Positions 34,501 to 49,220 of a DNA stretch of 64,000 nt are shown here, piece by piece. How positions within the stretch are numbered: the stretch's first letter is position 1; every line of letters begins with the position of its first letter. The notes beneath the pieces are model-generated. The model saw nothing but the letters and a program-made list of their open reading frames with translations. It was not told where the DNA came from and made no database searches. The position numbers and the translations under genes were made by a program. Source of the stretch: Bugula neritina (taxonomy: Eukaryota > Animalia > Bryozoa); the NCBI GenBank assembly GCA_964035545.1, contig OZ037765.1:32115504-32179503 (forward strand), given 5' to 3'.

Positions 34501-37500
34501 GAACAACAAAGGAAACTATACGTGGCAGCCACCCACCTCCCGGTTATTCAGTGTGAAGTACTCCACGCTGTACGTCACGTCAGCATCGCTGCCACTGCGA
34601 GCACTCCAGTAGAGTTTCACCGAGTTGGTGGTTATATCCTGCAGACGTGTTCCAGGCTTCTCTGGTGCAGGAGGTAGTAACGTATCAACTGACTTCAGTT
34701 TCGCACCTAAGAATATGGTGACCAGTGAAACACAATGCCTGGAGGAAAATTGCTCCAAGAGAGAAATTATACAATTAGCCCAAACCTAAAATCTATACGA
34801 TATAGAAATAGAAAGAAATTAGGCTATAAAAACCTTTTCACTATTGCAGCTGAGGCTATACTGAGTGATTATGCTTTGAGGGTTTGTGTGTAGTCAACTA
34901 CTGATAAAGTATAGTTTGCAGGTGAATAAAGTACACAGCATAGAGTCATCACTCTGCACACAACACTTGAACTATTGCTATCATATTTGTCATATATCTG
35001 CTGTTGTATAAGACACACAACACAAATAGTCACATTTTGGCAGTCAGTGAAAGCTATTGTAATTGTTTATCTTCCCCATCTGCACAACAAGTCATTGTTT
35101 ACAACAATAGAGAGGAGTGTAATGAGCCGCGCACATCGCACCCCCTACAATCACTAGATATATGTAGTTTCTAAGGCTACACATGGTGAATAACACGGCT
35201 TTGACTAGTCAGTCTCCAGAGATTTAATATCAATTCAGCAGTGAACTTTACGTTTGTTCATCTCCGGTAACTCTATCACACATGGACAATCAATCTGCAC
35301 TCAAGTAGAAACTATCAGCTCTAAGTAACATGAAGCTATGAGAAAGTGTGATCCAGTAGCTGGCAAGGAGTAGATTGAATGAAGGAGATAAGAGAGGAGA
35401 AGAGAGAAGATAATTATCTTCACCAGACCGTGAAATCCACAGCCACACAATTATCTGAGTTCAGAAACACGCAACAGTCACGCGTAGAGGTCAATAGTCA
35501 GCGCCAGAGAGTTCGTTGGCAGCATGACTCACCGAGTACGTGTAGATATGCAGAGGCAGCGGCTTCTCCAGACTCGCTGACTGCCAGACACGTGTATTCT
35601 CCTGCATCAGTCACTTTGACATCTGAAACATACATGTGGAGATAAACATCATAGCCGTGGTTCTTAGCTAGAACAAGCAAACTCTAGGAGGGGGGAGTAA
35701 CTACCGCCCACAAAGTTAGATGACTTTCTAACTAGAAACTTCTGTCAATCACTGCTGCCAGAATCAATATCTTGACTAAACAGCTGCTTGTGAAAGTCAT
35801 CAAGTATCACTTGAGAGGACCAAGTGATGGGCATACTCATGTAATCCTTAAAGACTCTTTCATGGGCAGACAGTTGCAACTTTTATGCAGTAAAAAGCCC
35901 ACAATGTGACAACTCAATGATGGAAAATGCAAAAAATTCCCCTTTCGCCATGTCCTTGCACTGGGCTTGCCAAGTGCAAAAACTATTGGCACAAACTCTG
36001 CTCCTTACAGCACGTGTGACACAAATGAAACAAAAAATTAAGTTGAATTTCAAGTGGGGAGAAGCTAATTGCAGCTGCAAGCAATTTCTACCAGTTTTCC
36101 ATTAGCTATTAGAGTTGATGAGAGTTGATGTGAGAGATAAATGACATGCCACTGCTCTTACTATGACACTGTGTTATACTTTCAGATCTGATTTAAAATC
36201 CAATTGATTGAACACTAATCATGTTAGATATTTTTTGCTAAAATCAACTTCACAAAAAACATTGTTCAACTATTCACTTATAAACTCTTCACAGCTCGGC
36301 CCAAGTACACATAAACTCTAGCAAACAGTCCTTACCAGATATTCGGAGATTTCCCCGGTTTATGGATATCCTGGGCTGCTCGAGGACAGGAAGTTTGTTG
36401 TGACTCCAGCTGATGGTAGGGGAGGGACTTCCTGAAGCCTTGCATTGTAGCTCGACATCCTCAGTGAGCGTGACTGTTTGATTGTGGGGCCCTTTGGTTA
36501 TGATGGGAGGAGGCCCCGCATCTGCCTCATCTACAGAAAGGATAAAATCAGTCTAAATGTTGACCTATATCTGTGTACTGTAAGCCTGGCGTATTACAGT
36601 AAAGATCCAATACAGATAACATCAGCAATCTAAGATTTCTAATCTAGCTGATTCAACGCAGTGCATACATCTTTCATAGATAAACCATTGGCAGCATATA
36701 AATATAGGCAGCAGTGGAAATATTAAAATAATTGCTTCTTTCAAATTGAAAATTAGTGGTTACTAAAGCACTTATTAAGTTGACAGATTTCTTGACATTT
36801 TCAATATTCGCCAATTAAATGCAACTCAAACTATTTGACATGCATTCTGTAAAACACCGTCACCCTGTTAACAATGGAAGGTAGGATTTCTAAGAAAACA
36901 AACACTGCTCTTACAATAATACTATAACAACTTTAATCAGCCCTATTGTAGCAGTCACCAAATCAATGATTCGGTCCACAAAAATGCATTCAAACTTATC
37001 CCCATCATTATTTTATGCTTTAATCACTTTTGTAGAGACTCAAAGAAAATGAAATAACCAAGTTGTAACAATAAATCAACAGCGTGTTATGATTATTACT
37101 GATTATTGTTGATTAAGTCCTACACACTGGAAGGTGACTCACAAATCAGTCACTAATGCGGGTCTGGGAACATCCAAGGAATGCAGAATATTTCAGCTTT
37201 TATGTCTTTCTTCAGAAGATGAAAAGCACAATTTACAAACAGGCCAATTCTTCTTTGTTTTTAATTTGAATAGCAAACTGCATCCAGTTAGCTGCGCGCT
37301 CTGATAATTATTATTTATCAGTAATAACAGATGTTAATGAAATAAATATAAGCTCCAGCACTAAATGTAGATGTTTGTAGTGATGACCTTTGAGTGCTGC
37401 CTGCAACTTGCACACGTGCTGACTAGACAATGCTCACTGGGCAGTTCATAACTCACTTTAAATTTGGCAAAGTTCTTATAATTTCATGAATTTGGAGACT

Positions 37501-40500
37501 AAATAATGACAACTGAAGCTGTAAAAAAATCTTTTAAAAGAATTTTAATAATTCAAGAGCAAGATGTGAAAAGAAACCTAATTTTGTTTTGTGTAAATAG
37601 TTTGTCACAATAGTATACATTTCCTAATGACCTTCACCCCAGCTAGTCCTAGTTTAGTCCCACACGACAGCATCGAGTTGATCTCATCAAACTGATAACA
37701 AAATGATTTTCTTTCCTGCTGCCCGAGCTGACTCACTCTCTTTATTACAGCTGACTAATCTAATTACGGCAGCACTGAACCATTGGCAGCAGCGCTATTT
37801 GTGTGAGAACACTTTTGATAACAAGTAAACAAGTGTCTTCATGTTCCTCAACACAAACAACTATACTAAGTTAGCTGGCACAGAGTGTGTGTAATGACAG
37901 TAACAGAGTGCTATGATCTCTCATGTTCAACTCTAAGAGACTGTCTCTAGAGCAGTTAGAGGTCAAGCACACAGGAAAACTGCCCGCTCAGTCACCTAGC
38001 AACACAATGCTCTCTCACCTCATTATGTGAGTCTTTAACCAAACAGTAGAATAATCACCCCTGAAAGGGGTTAATTTTCAGCACATCTACATAAACACAA
38101 TACGGGCAAATTTCCCCAAGGTGAACCTGCATCACATTATTATGGTGATCAGCAGCACGCTGACGTACCTCGAACTCTAAGACTCGCCACGATCTCTATT
38201 GCCCCGGCAGCGTTGGAGGCGTAGCATTTATACTCGCCATTGTCCGTCTCCCTCGTGTCGTTAATCTGCAGGCTGCCATCTTGTAGGACGGAGAACCGGC
38301 CTTTCGTCTGCTTCACGTAGAGGTGCAAAGAGTCGTCCTGTAACAAAGGGCGCGTGACATTCACATGACCTTCACGGACAAAACATGTCACTGAGGGCTA
38401 AAGGGCTCACTGCAGTAGATGTTTGACATATTGGCGAAAATTAATTGGGGAGAGATGATTAATGCAGATATCGCGGTTAGGCTGAGACATAACAAACCCA
38501 TATCAACCCAGATGTGAGTCACGTGAGGAATTTCTAGCCAGCATAAAATAACAGGAGATAAGAAGAATAACTTTTAAATATGACATAATATAATATCATA
38601 ATATAATAACATAACATTATGACTGTTGCTTTGTGTATGCAGCAATCAATATGGCCGACTATGTGTATAAACTGACCTGGTTCTTGCTCCAGGAGAGGAC
38701 AGGGTCCGGGCTGCCCACGCTGGCGCACCGGAATCTCACCGTGCTCTGGTGACGCACGACTTTGGGATACGGGGTGACGACAAACACGGGCTGCGTGTAG
38801 ACTGTGAGGAAGGCTGTGTACGAGTCACTACCTCCCGAGTTAGAGATGGTGCAAGTGTAACCTGCAACATAGAGTATCAAACTGTGTGCACAATACAATT
38901 CCTTGTAGACATGGAAACATTTCCCACACTTAATTCTTAGAAAGTCTACATAAGTTTGGTGTGAAGGGTTGGATTTTACTGGGAGATTTGGTTTAATCCA
39001 ACTTTTTATAAAAAGCTAACTATTGAAACTTTCTTTCTTATTGTCACATGACAGAGTAATCTGAAGTCATGTGACAGAGTAATCTGAGGTCATGTGACAC
39101 AGTAATCTGAGGTCATGTGACACAGTAATCTGAGGTCATGTGACACAGTAATCTGAGGTCGTGTGACAGAGTGACATGAAGTTGTGTGACCGAGTGACAT
39201 GAAGTCATGTGACAGAGTGACATGAAGTCATGTGACAAAGTGACCTGATGAAGTAACTCTGAGAATTGATATCTCACTAAGTCATTCGCCAGCTAGTATA
39301 AAAACACTCATCAGAAAAGTTGGCCTCAAAACCTCATCCATCACGCAGCTATGACAGCCGAGAATAAAATACCAAACTGTTTCCAACAACCGCTGGCAAG
39401 CTACAGGCCCGGCTCTAGTCAAAAGGATAGGCTGCGTGTGTGGAGCATAAGAAGGCCCCTGAAGGCATCAAATTACAGAAAATTTCTTTACTTGTTGTGA
39501 GCGTACAAGTGTTTACAATGATAATAAGGTGTTAACAGCTTGTTGACTGGCCACTTTCAACTTTTTTATATATACAAACAGGTAAAATGACAATGAAAAT
39601 GCATAGCAGTGTCTGTGAAGTGGAGGTTGGCTGTAAAAGGCAGTAATTAGACAGGACCAGCTCATCATTGTGATAAATGCCTGTGCATTCTATGTCCATG
39701 AAATCATCCGATAACAAAGGACTGCTGGGGATAATTGACTTCCAGCTTTTCAGTTGATTATTTGACTGTTAGTGTGTACAGTGACAGAGTACTAGCTGCC
39801 AGTCTAGTGACTGAATACTGGTGACTCACGCCAGAAACAAAACAAACAACTCAGTCACTCCTGGCTCCATGACAACAGAAATTGCAAAATCTACTCCAAC
39901 TGTAAACTTCACAGAATATTAGAAACAGAATCTCGTGATAAATAGAGAAGGAAAGCCATTATTATTCGTAGCATAAGTTCCAGATGAAAAGTACATTAGA
40001 GCCTACAACCACACCAGACATGAAAATTGTTACCATAGAACACAATCTACAAAAGACTATAATTATAATATTTTCAGGGTGTCCATTATTGCAAGTTAGT
40101 AGTATTAGTATCAGTGGAAGTAATAGTAGTAGCAGTACTAGTACTAGTGAGTACTCAGTGGTAGTAGTGAGTACACAGTAGTTAGTGGTAGTAGTGAGTA
40201 CACAGTAGTGAGTACACAGTAGTGAGTACTCAGTAGTTAGTGGTAGTCACTCACCCCCCTCATCAGAGCTGCCAATGTCTGTTATGGTGAGAGACCCGTC
40301 AGCGCCCACAGAGCTCCTCGATCTGTTAAATTTACCAGAACTTTTACTCCACGTTACGTTAGGCATGGGGTCACCTTTGGCTAGGCACTTGAACCTCACA
40401 TCTGTACCCTCTTTCTGGTAGATGTCTACCGGCGTCTCAATAAACTCTGGTGTCTCTACAGGAAATAGATAATACCTGCAGAATATCTCCGTCATAATCT

Positions 40501-43500
40501 ACAGCCATTATTCATAGAACACCCTCTGGTTAACAATGCTGTGAGGCAAAAAATTAAATAATTTAGGGACGAATAGAGAAAATCAATTTTTTGTGCAAGT
40601 TTATATGCATTGCTGAGAAACTATTTGCAATTATGTCGGGAAGGAAAGTATTTGATGTCTAATCTATAGGATGTGACATTTAAGAAATGAAGGGGCAATA
40701 AGGAAGCAGAGAGATCAAGCTGACAATCTAATGAGCTCTTCAGGCTGTGAGTAGATATGATAAGGCACTTGTGATTTGGTTAGCTGAGAACTAAATGACT
40801 TGGGTATTGCCAGGGTTACCGCAACGCATCACCATCAAACCATGCACCAAGTATTGGCATCACGTGGTTTAGTCTCAACAACATTACCAGTACTACAGTA
40901 TAGCACTTGCTGTATTTACTAACTTTCAAAGCCCTAAATATTACAGGGAATCATATCAGCAGTAAAATTGGGCCCAAAATGTCTTAAACAGTCATACTTT
41001 GTCTGAATAAATGTGGTAAGATTTTTATTTCGTGAAGGCCATAGGCAGCGTTCACTGCCTTAGGAGAGCTAGACAGCGTTTGCTGCCAGGCTTAATTAGG
41101 ACAGCATCTCGGCTAAGGATGCTGCTGGTAGACAATGGTAAGCACACATTCCCATACTATCCAACCCTACACAGCAGCACTAACGCTGGTATTAGACATA
41201 ATCAGGGAAAACAATATCCAATCAATATTTTGTTATAAATCTCAACAAGCTATGGCTAGAAAACCAGCATACAATACTCTATATCATAAAAACATCAAGC
41301 AGCGATAGTTTTTTTAGAAACTGAGTAAAACATGGTGCCCGATATCACCGTAATAAACAGAAAACAGGCTGCGTGTTGTGAACTACTAGATTTTATCAAT
41401 GCTTTGTGATTCATGTAAAATAATATTATATAATAATGAACAAGTTCCATGTAGGTATTTCATCAAATGTCAGTTGATGCTAGGTTTAATTAATATGGTC
41501 AAATTACATCATAAAATCTGTACTCAAATATTAATTTTCACATGCCAAATATTCATCTGTTATGATATAATTAATAATAATATTACTTCCATTGGCCGTT
41601 ACCTTCCACAGAATATTGGCACATTGCAGAGCTCCTGGGAGGTTATTCTTCATTAAATAGATGTAATAATAGAATGTGAAGAATTGTTACTAGCAACACC
41701 AGCCAAACCTTGCTAACTTGGCTCAATGGAAACTTATTTTCAAATACTTCAAGTAGTCAAGATGGCACCAACCAAATATAGATTAAACTTCCCAAACAAC
41801 TGAAGTATTTCATACACTCTAGCTACTGAATTTCATCATCGCACAGCTTTATATACTGACAATTCCATATCCCTGATGAATTCAAATTAATTAAAACTTG
41901 ATATAAATGTGTATTTTTTCTTCATGTTGGTTATTAGAAGTGATGAGCAGGAAGTGGAAGTGAATACTGCTGCCAATGCTTATTTATATCGACTGAAAGA
42001 AATTCTAATCTAGAGCAGCTACAGAGTGGCTGTTGGCATTCTCATACGTAGAATGTCAGTTGCTAACACTTTTAGCCTCAGAGTTAATAAGTTTAGCCTA
42101 TGAGTGAAAGCATAATGTGAAGTAATCTATAGGGCTATCAGCACACATATATGTACTTGTGTGTATAACCAAGTAATACTTATGAGTATAAGCATATGGA
42201 GCTTATAAGTATAAGCATGTATTATAGAGAAATAAAGGCATAACATATTCATAACTATAAGCATACTTTATAGTATGACTTATATAAGCATATAATATAA
42301 GCACGTGGTGGTAGTAGTATAAGCATGTGATATGTGTATAAGCATATGATATGTGTATAAGCATATGATATGTGTATAAGCATGTGATATGTGTATAAGT
42401 AATGAAGTACAAACCCAGAACTGTGAGGAAAGCTGGCCTGGAGCTGTATTCTCCGCCCTCATTCTTAGCCATGCAGACATACGCCCCTTCATCGGACTTG
42501 CGGATGAACCTCAGTCTAAGATTGCCAGGGGGGATAACACTGAGCCTCGTATCACCATCTATGTCTATCAGGGTGCCGTTCAGCTTCCACAGCACCTGAA
42601 AGTCAATTCATACAACTGATAACAGAGAAGGGGAGGGACAGGAACCTCACCTTACTTTAAGACCAAAAAACACAGGCTAAGTGATAAGAGAGATAGCTGA
42701 TGGTGTGAATCAGTGTGCAAATGGGCAGGTCGTTGTGAATAGAGAGTTATACATTGATTGTTGACTTTTTAGTTGCACCGATTCTGCACCCAACTGGGCA
42801 ACCAGTACAATATAACATTAGATAGGATGGGAGTTGTTTCTCTTGACACCCAAGGTGAAGGTCACGTACCTGAGGGGATGGAGTGCCATCTGGTGGCTGA
42901 CAGAGCAGCGTAGCCGAAGAACCAGCCACGGCAGATGCTGGGGACGGGTGGACTATGAACACATCCGATAAAACTACAAATACATTATAGTTGAGCTTAT
43001 ACTGAATTCAATGGCTCAACAGTACCACAGCTATGATGTAACAACACATTGCTGCACTCAGCGAAAGCCTTATCACCAGCTATGTGTGTTTTCTATAAGT
43101 TCCATTGATTCTTTGTTTTATGTTAGTGTACGAGTATAGAGTTACATATACAACGAGATAAGCACCACGAAGGACAGCGCCAAAGGCAGCAAACTAGAGC
43201 TACAACCTCACAGCCCTACACTTTCAACACAATTAATATCAGATAAGGCAGGCATTACTTTTCAGCTAGGTACAAGCAGAAATGCAAAATTTAAAAACTT
43301 TACGGAATATTTCGAGCTTTTGATAGTCAAACCAGATGTTTGTGTAAATACAAGCAGTGCTTATAATAAAGAGCTGGGATTATATAGCAGACACTGAGTA
43401 AATCAATGCGACAGCTGCCACTCTCTCAAACGGCAGCACGCGGCAGCATCTTAAATACTGGTCTTTATTTTAATACTATTTGTCTACTAGTAAAAAACTA

Positions 43501-45557
43501 AACAGTTATTAGTAAAACATATAAATTGTCTAGCCAGTATTCAAGGTGAAATTATCAACAACCCAACTGAATATATAATTGATGTAATTATTTATACAAT
43601 AGAATTCTCAGCTAAGTACAATTCACTTTAAGTAGCTGTATTTCTGCATGCAAATAGCTGCATTATGAAGCAACTGCATAAGAAAAGCTAATCTTTTCAG
43701 CAATAAATTCCTACTGCATACGTTAGAAGTTAAAATACCAAGCTTTCTAAAAATTCATCAATCTGGTGGTGGTTTTTATCTACGGGAACTGTTTGGCTAG
43801 TCAGAATCAAGGCATGATTTTAACTTCTTACCGGCTATTTTCAGGGTTGCATTGTTACTGACTGCAGAGCCGAAGTCGTTGGTGACGTTACAGTAGTACC
43901 AGCCGGCGTCTGCACTTGAAAATCTGAGAAAGAAAAGTTCCCCAGTCGGCGTGAGACTGTACTTAGAGGATGGATTGTCGTACTGAGTGGCCACCTTGCT
44001 CCCGTTTCTGTACCAGGTCACCTTAGCATCAGTGCTGGACTCAAAGCTACAGGAGAGGGTGTGTGCCTTGCCCGTGGTCGTGTACGCATTGCTAGGATGT
44101 GTAGTAATCACTGGTAATTGCTGGCCAAAGGCTAAAACATTGAACATGAGTCATCGCTCAGTCTTACTGTGACTCACTATGATTAAAACACCAACTAATT
44201 ATCAAATCTATTAAATTGGTAATAAAATAGATGGTGGTTGTGAGACTCCAGGAGTAGTTGATAATTTGCAGAATTACAAACAAGCTTCACTTGATAATAA
44301 AAACGGATTAAAACTGAACTTTTTGCTACACAAAAAGCATTAATATCTCTATTAATCTATATAATATTCCCATCAGTCTATCTAAGCTACATGAAGGTAA
44401 TATTTCTTATAGAATAGGGATGAATTTCACACATTAAATGCAGAGCTAATAAGAATGTTGAAATAACATCCACTGGCCTAGTAGATGTAATCAGTCAGGG
44501 AGTAGCTCATCTACAAATCAATGCAAGAGATCTGCTGCTGATTATTATAACAAAGAAATGGCGGAGATTAATTGCAACACTCAACAGTTCCTTCCCACAC
44601 CTGTTGTTCCATGTTATATAACCTGAGTGAAACCTTAACACCAGGGCGAAATGTTTCAGGTAATTATGTACTAGGTGAAAAAGAATACAGATACTGGATA
44701 CTCGTATCTCACCAGCAAGTTATCAAGTGATACAAAAATAACATTTTGATACCGTAACCCTTAATTCAATTTTAAAGGCAGTTACCAACTAAATTATTTG
44801 TAAGACCCATTTAAAGCTCTATCTTAGGGTGCGTGGGACTTGAGTATCTAAGTTCATCATGGTAAATAGTTTTTTTTAGTATGTAATTTTATCATTTTAC
44901 ACACCCTTTATCGCAAATGCAGCAATCTGCATGCAGACGAAAATCTTTTCCAGTCAACAACAATGCAAATCCTTTAATCAATGTTTTACATATTCAATGA
45001 AATGTTTGAGTAAACAAAAAGCTGACTGACTAAAAGACCAGCTTTCATAACTTATCATAATTCTATTGAAACTCATGTTGATTTAAAAGTGACATTGCCA
45101 GATATCACACACGAGAGAGTTTAATGATCCTTTTTGACAGCCTGTCAGAAACCTGGCCTAAGCTAATGGACAATTTTTTGAAAACATTATGGGATTAACT
45201 TCGAACCACAACTGACATTATTTATAATTCAAAGATGGCAATTAATTTCAAGCAGAAGCTTATCAAATTTTATTGAAAGCATTCAGCAGTAATTTGTACC
45301 AGCCTAGAATAATTAATAGTATGCCGGGGCTGATTTATGTGCAGTATAGGGAAAATAAGGACATAAAATATACATAATAATACGTCTGCAACATGCATGA
45401 GTAATAATTACTAGGTATGGCTATCAAACGGCTTCAGGGCCTTCTAACAGACTAAATTAGCAAAGCATGGAAGGAAAGCAAAGTAGTAGTCAATACCTGG
45501 AACACAATGTATGAGTAATATTAAACAGCAACTCCATTTTCTCACTAAATCAGCCAT
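19586..45557 (-). CDS. ROBO: Roundabout (Robo) receptor: signal peptide, 5 Ig, 3 FN3, TM, cytoplasmic CC motifs
   Basis: Signal exon 45497-45557 (MADLVRKWSCCLILLIHCVP). Ig1 43832-44131 (PVITTHP..TLSC..WYRNG..GELFFLR..DAGWYYCNVTNDFGSAVSNNATLKIA). Ig2 ~42870-42974 + 42415-42595, Ig3 ~40255-40456, Ig3/4 ~38677-38860, Ig4 ~38169-38337, Ig5 ~36337-36530 + 35533-35622. FN3 exons ~34536-34705, 32929-33205, 32585-32793, 23712-23826, 23305-23479. TM exon ~22717-22881. CC1-like GPYATT (~21835-21852) and CC2-like DMLPPPPLYPPP (~21325-21358). Last exons ~20382-20518, 19905-20060 and 19586-19647 (…EEISHDKV*). Confidence 0.9.
20062..20381. repeat. (TAC/TAG)n microsatellite filling a Robo intron
   Basis: Imperfect trinucleotide array spanning nearly the whole intron. 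It is the source of the spurious poly-Ser ORF. Confidence 0.9.
26500..27130 (+). pseudogene. Decayed P2X7 C-terminal 'ballast'/nanor-like (KolX-like) gene inside the transposon
   Basis: Frameshifted and stop-containing fragments EEWCK..ECCQSC, FVTDHPG, VLEVTYNSYLHHHG, then after an intron FCSYRVLIFWLFPNLHRRQRKPLSACLYN*V. These resemble the ECxCC / HPGF / YRxFxxW..LGxxxRxxLPxC consensus of this domain, recognised by eye. Confidence 0.55.
27680..30700 (-). pseudogene. Decayed Kolobok-type transposase remnants
   Basis: Minus-strand fragments KRFAVF (~30640), CTCSSG...W and GCQVAASII (~30340-30420), and a C-terminal LPATNVPKLLA...KYF* (~27680-27850). All are interrupted by stops and frameshifts; weak motif-level resemblance only. 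Confidence 0.4.
39046..39245. repeat. 20-bp minisatellite (CATGTGACAC/GAGTAATCTGAGGT-like)
   Basis: About 9-10 tandem copies in a Robo intron. Confidence 0.85.
42180..42402. repeat. 18-bp tandem repeat (TATAAGCATA/GTGATATGTG)
   Basis: About 5 clear copies plus degenerate copies next to the Robo Ig2 exon donor. Confidence 0.75.
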
Positions 45558-47599
45558 ATTGGTAGTTCCCCAGTGCTCCACCACATTTACTCATAGTTTG
45601 CTACTCCTGGAACATAAAGATGAGATGTTGTGAGACATACTTGCTTTTTAATGCCTACTATTCCATATATTCACAATTATTTATAAGAAAGTTTGGACGC
45701 AACAAGTTTACAACTTCTAATTTAAATCTTTTTTTTTCATTTTTGCCCTAAATATGTATGTTTATAAATTAAAAGAAAATTAACAAGATTTTCTATAAAG
45801 TTAGATATAGAGAACGTTATATTTAAAAGTAGATGTATAGGACTAAGAGAGAAATAAAGCTCACATATTGACAGATTGTAACTGCTATTCACCACTAACA
45901 CACCATATTCATGACTCTAGTTATGCGATAAATTCAATGTCACTGGGCACACAGAGCTTAATCTTAACCTAATACCAGCAAATATGACGATGATATACAA
46001 ATGAATTCAGCACTTCAAAGCTCAACCAATTTAAGCAACTTAGCCAACATCTTGAAGGAATAACTTAAGAAAGAACCTACACTGGTACCTTGTAACTTAG
46101 TTTAGTTATTCAATGTCAAATTGGAATTTGGATTAATTTGAAATTCTAAGACTAATGCCAACAGAACACAGAAGAGGTAAAAATTCCTACATTATTTAAT
46201 GAAAGAACCAAATTTAAAATACTAATATAATACTTGTTACTGCATACAATAATATTCATCAGTTGCAGTTACAATAAACTGTATTGTCTATATGCCTATA
46301 GTTTACCTCTATAAGACTTAGCAAAAGCACTAGTATGACCACAACTGCTATTTAACTTTATACCAAAAGTAATAGGTAAGCTGCATTACATTGCCAATTT
46401 AAATTTTATTTGAAATTAATGTATAAAACAAAGTAAATATTTCACATTAGCTGTTACTATTAAAATACAATTATTACTTGTTATAAAACTAAAAGTCTAA
46501 CCAAAACACTTTATATAGTAGCAATATACTAATAATATTAATATATACTTATAGTTATAGTCTATTTATTTTAATATTATTATTATTAGGTATTATTAGT
46601 TTAATCATCAGGATATATCTGATTAAGGGACTGTTCTTAACATTATGATTATAATTAAGTCATAACATAATCATGATGATTATAAATTGATATAAAATAA
46701 ATATTATCAACTTCAAGCATGAGCAAGCACATTACTGAATCAGATTACTATTAAACTTCAACTGGTGATTTTAAGTTTAACAACATCAACGACAACTGCA
46801 AATAATCATGATATTAAATTCATGAAATCTAAATCAGTTAGTGTTACAATTATTGTGATTATCATTAACTTAAAGTGATACTAATTATATCCTTTAGTTT
46901 TAATTTTTAAAGATGCAAAATCACATTGTGATTGATAATCATAATGTCAATCACTCAAACTCAAAGCCAATGTGATCAGCATCAATGATTGCATTTGTAA
47001 TCACAATAAATATAAAATAAATATAATTGGCAATTAACTTATAACTTAAATTAAGTATTTGTATAACTTTACTATAACTATAAGTAATAGTATAACTGAA
47101 TATAAATTCAAAAAGTGTAACAGTTAGCCTACTAGGCTACTGTTACTGTTAGTGTTAGAGCAAGAACTAGCACTATTAATATCATTATAATTATATCACA
47201 ATCAGTATCACACTCATACTTAATCTTATACTTATAGTGATACTCAGACTGATACTCTTACTACATACTTAGTCTCATACAGTTATAGTTATACTAAATC
47301 TAATGCTATTACTATTACTCTATTAGTATTAGTATTAGTATTACTACTAGTCCACTACTAAAGTTAATTTTAAAACTTAAACTTAAACAGTTAAAGTTAA
47401 TGTTATACTTATACTGTTATACTTATAGTTATAGAAAAACACTAAGTTTAACTAGTACTACTAGTACTACTACTACTAGTCTAGTACAGTAGTACTAGGT
47501 CTAGTAGTAGTAGAACTAATAAATATAATAGTTTTGGTCCTTGTTATACTTATTCTTGGAAGTTTATTTTATACTTTAGGACTGTGCAAGACAGTGATA

Positions 47600-48260
47600 A
47601 CACTAATTCTAATTATTATTACCGAACTAATAGTTTTTGCGTGAACAGTGAACTAAGTACAAACGTGATAATTGGTAAAATTCTAGTTACAAATAGTCAT
47701 AATCATAATGTTTGTGAGATCCAGAACGTAGTTAAAGTGAAACAAATGTTATAGTTAGACTGTGAATAAAAGGTTTTGCATGAACAACAAATTAGCGATT
47801 GTACAATAACCACAACCAAGCTGTGGGAAGTTTGTAAAAAAAAGTGAATCAAAGGCTTATTTGATCTAGGGCGGAGCTTAAACCCACAGCCTCTCTAGAA
47901 AATGAGAAAATAATTACCACAAATAAAATGCTTTTAGATTCTGCGGCCTTTATTCATCGGCATTTTTATAAAGCCTGGGTCAGCATCTTTATTCAATTGT
48001 TGCTTTATTTAATGTGAGCCATAATTAGATCACAAAAAACTTATTAATTTAGTTTATCAAACGCAGGCTATAAAAGTGTGCTCAATCGCCGATCATTTTT
48101 TCATTGCCTATAGGGGCGGTATCTACCCAAAGAGTGCTGTTTGGTTGTGTAACTTGGCTAATAAACCATCCGAGTTTCAGTTTCGCCAAAATGTTATATT
48201 AATATAACTAATGAATTTTGTGAATTAGCAATTACAACTGTTGTAATTGTAAGTCTCAGA
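47600..48260. promoter_or_regulatory. Putative bidirectional promoter between Robo and SGPL1
   Basis: Higher-complexity island between two AT-rich microsatellite tracts, with GC boxes GGGCGGAG (~47868) and GGGGCGGT (~48113). Outward-facing donor-like sites at ~47620 (minus) and ~48249 (plus). Confidence 0.4.
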
Positions 48261-49220
48261 TTAATGTAAGGTATTTGTGGCATCAGCTATAAACTAATAG
48301 TATATTAATCTCTCATTATAATTATATAACTGCAGTTGAAAAACTCGACTATAATAATAAACTTAAAGAACTAGAAGTATTAGTATAACTATAAACTTTA
48401 TAATTATTGTTAATAATAATATTATAAGTTATAAGTATAACTATTACTATTAGTGAGTATTACTATTACTATTAATTTTACTGTTAGAGTAAGTATTACT
48501 AAGTCTAATACTACTACTATTACTATTAGTATTGCTATTACTATTAGGTTTAGCCTCAGTAGTACTAGTAGTAATACTAATAGTAATACTAATACTAATA
48601 GTAAATAAGTAATAGTAATACTAATAGTATTAGTAATAGTAATACTAATACTAATAGTAATACTTATACTTTACTAATACTTATACTAATAAGTAATACT
48701 AATACTAATAGTAGTTAATATTGCATTTCATAAGTATATTTCTTTTGGTTATTGCAGTCTCATTTTTAAAAAGTAAAAGTTTAAATAAGAGTTTTTTTCG
48801 AAATCCTACCAAACTCGCTTCAACTTTAAGTATCAGTGGTTACATCACTTGATGCCTCAAATTTTATGTGTCATTTAAATTTAATTAATAATTTGTTGAG
48901 TGATTTATTAATTAGTCATGTTTTTATTTATTTATCGTTTTAACTATTCAAAAACTTGGTCTTGATTCTTGGTAAGGTGAAACTAAATGTATCTTGTTTA
49001 AAGTTGTGCAGGAATGTAAGGAATGTGTGTGATAATTTAGGTTGATTGTTAGCTGAATATGGCTTCACAAGTAGCTTCAGGTTTTTTGTGGCATGATTAA
49101 TTTACAAATAAGTGCTTTGCTGGTTTCAACAGTATCTTCTAACCAAGTAATAGTGAATTTTATGGTTACACATAACTGCCAAAAGAAAAGCTAAGCACTT
49201 GCTTACACTTCTGATTGTAG

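Noticed and set aside
36770-37540. Possible additional MITE remnants (also ~33340-33650, 43250-43450, 50650-51150, 63380-63600)
   Set aside because: Texture is TE-like, but I could not pair termini or TSDs by eye.
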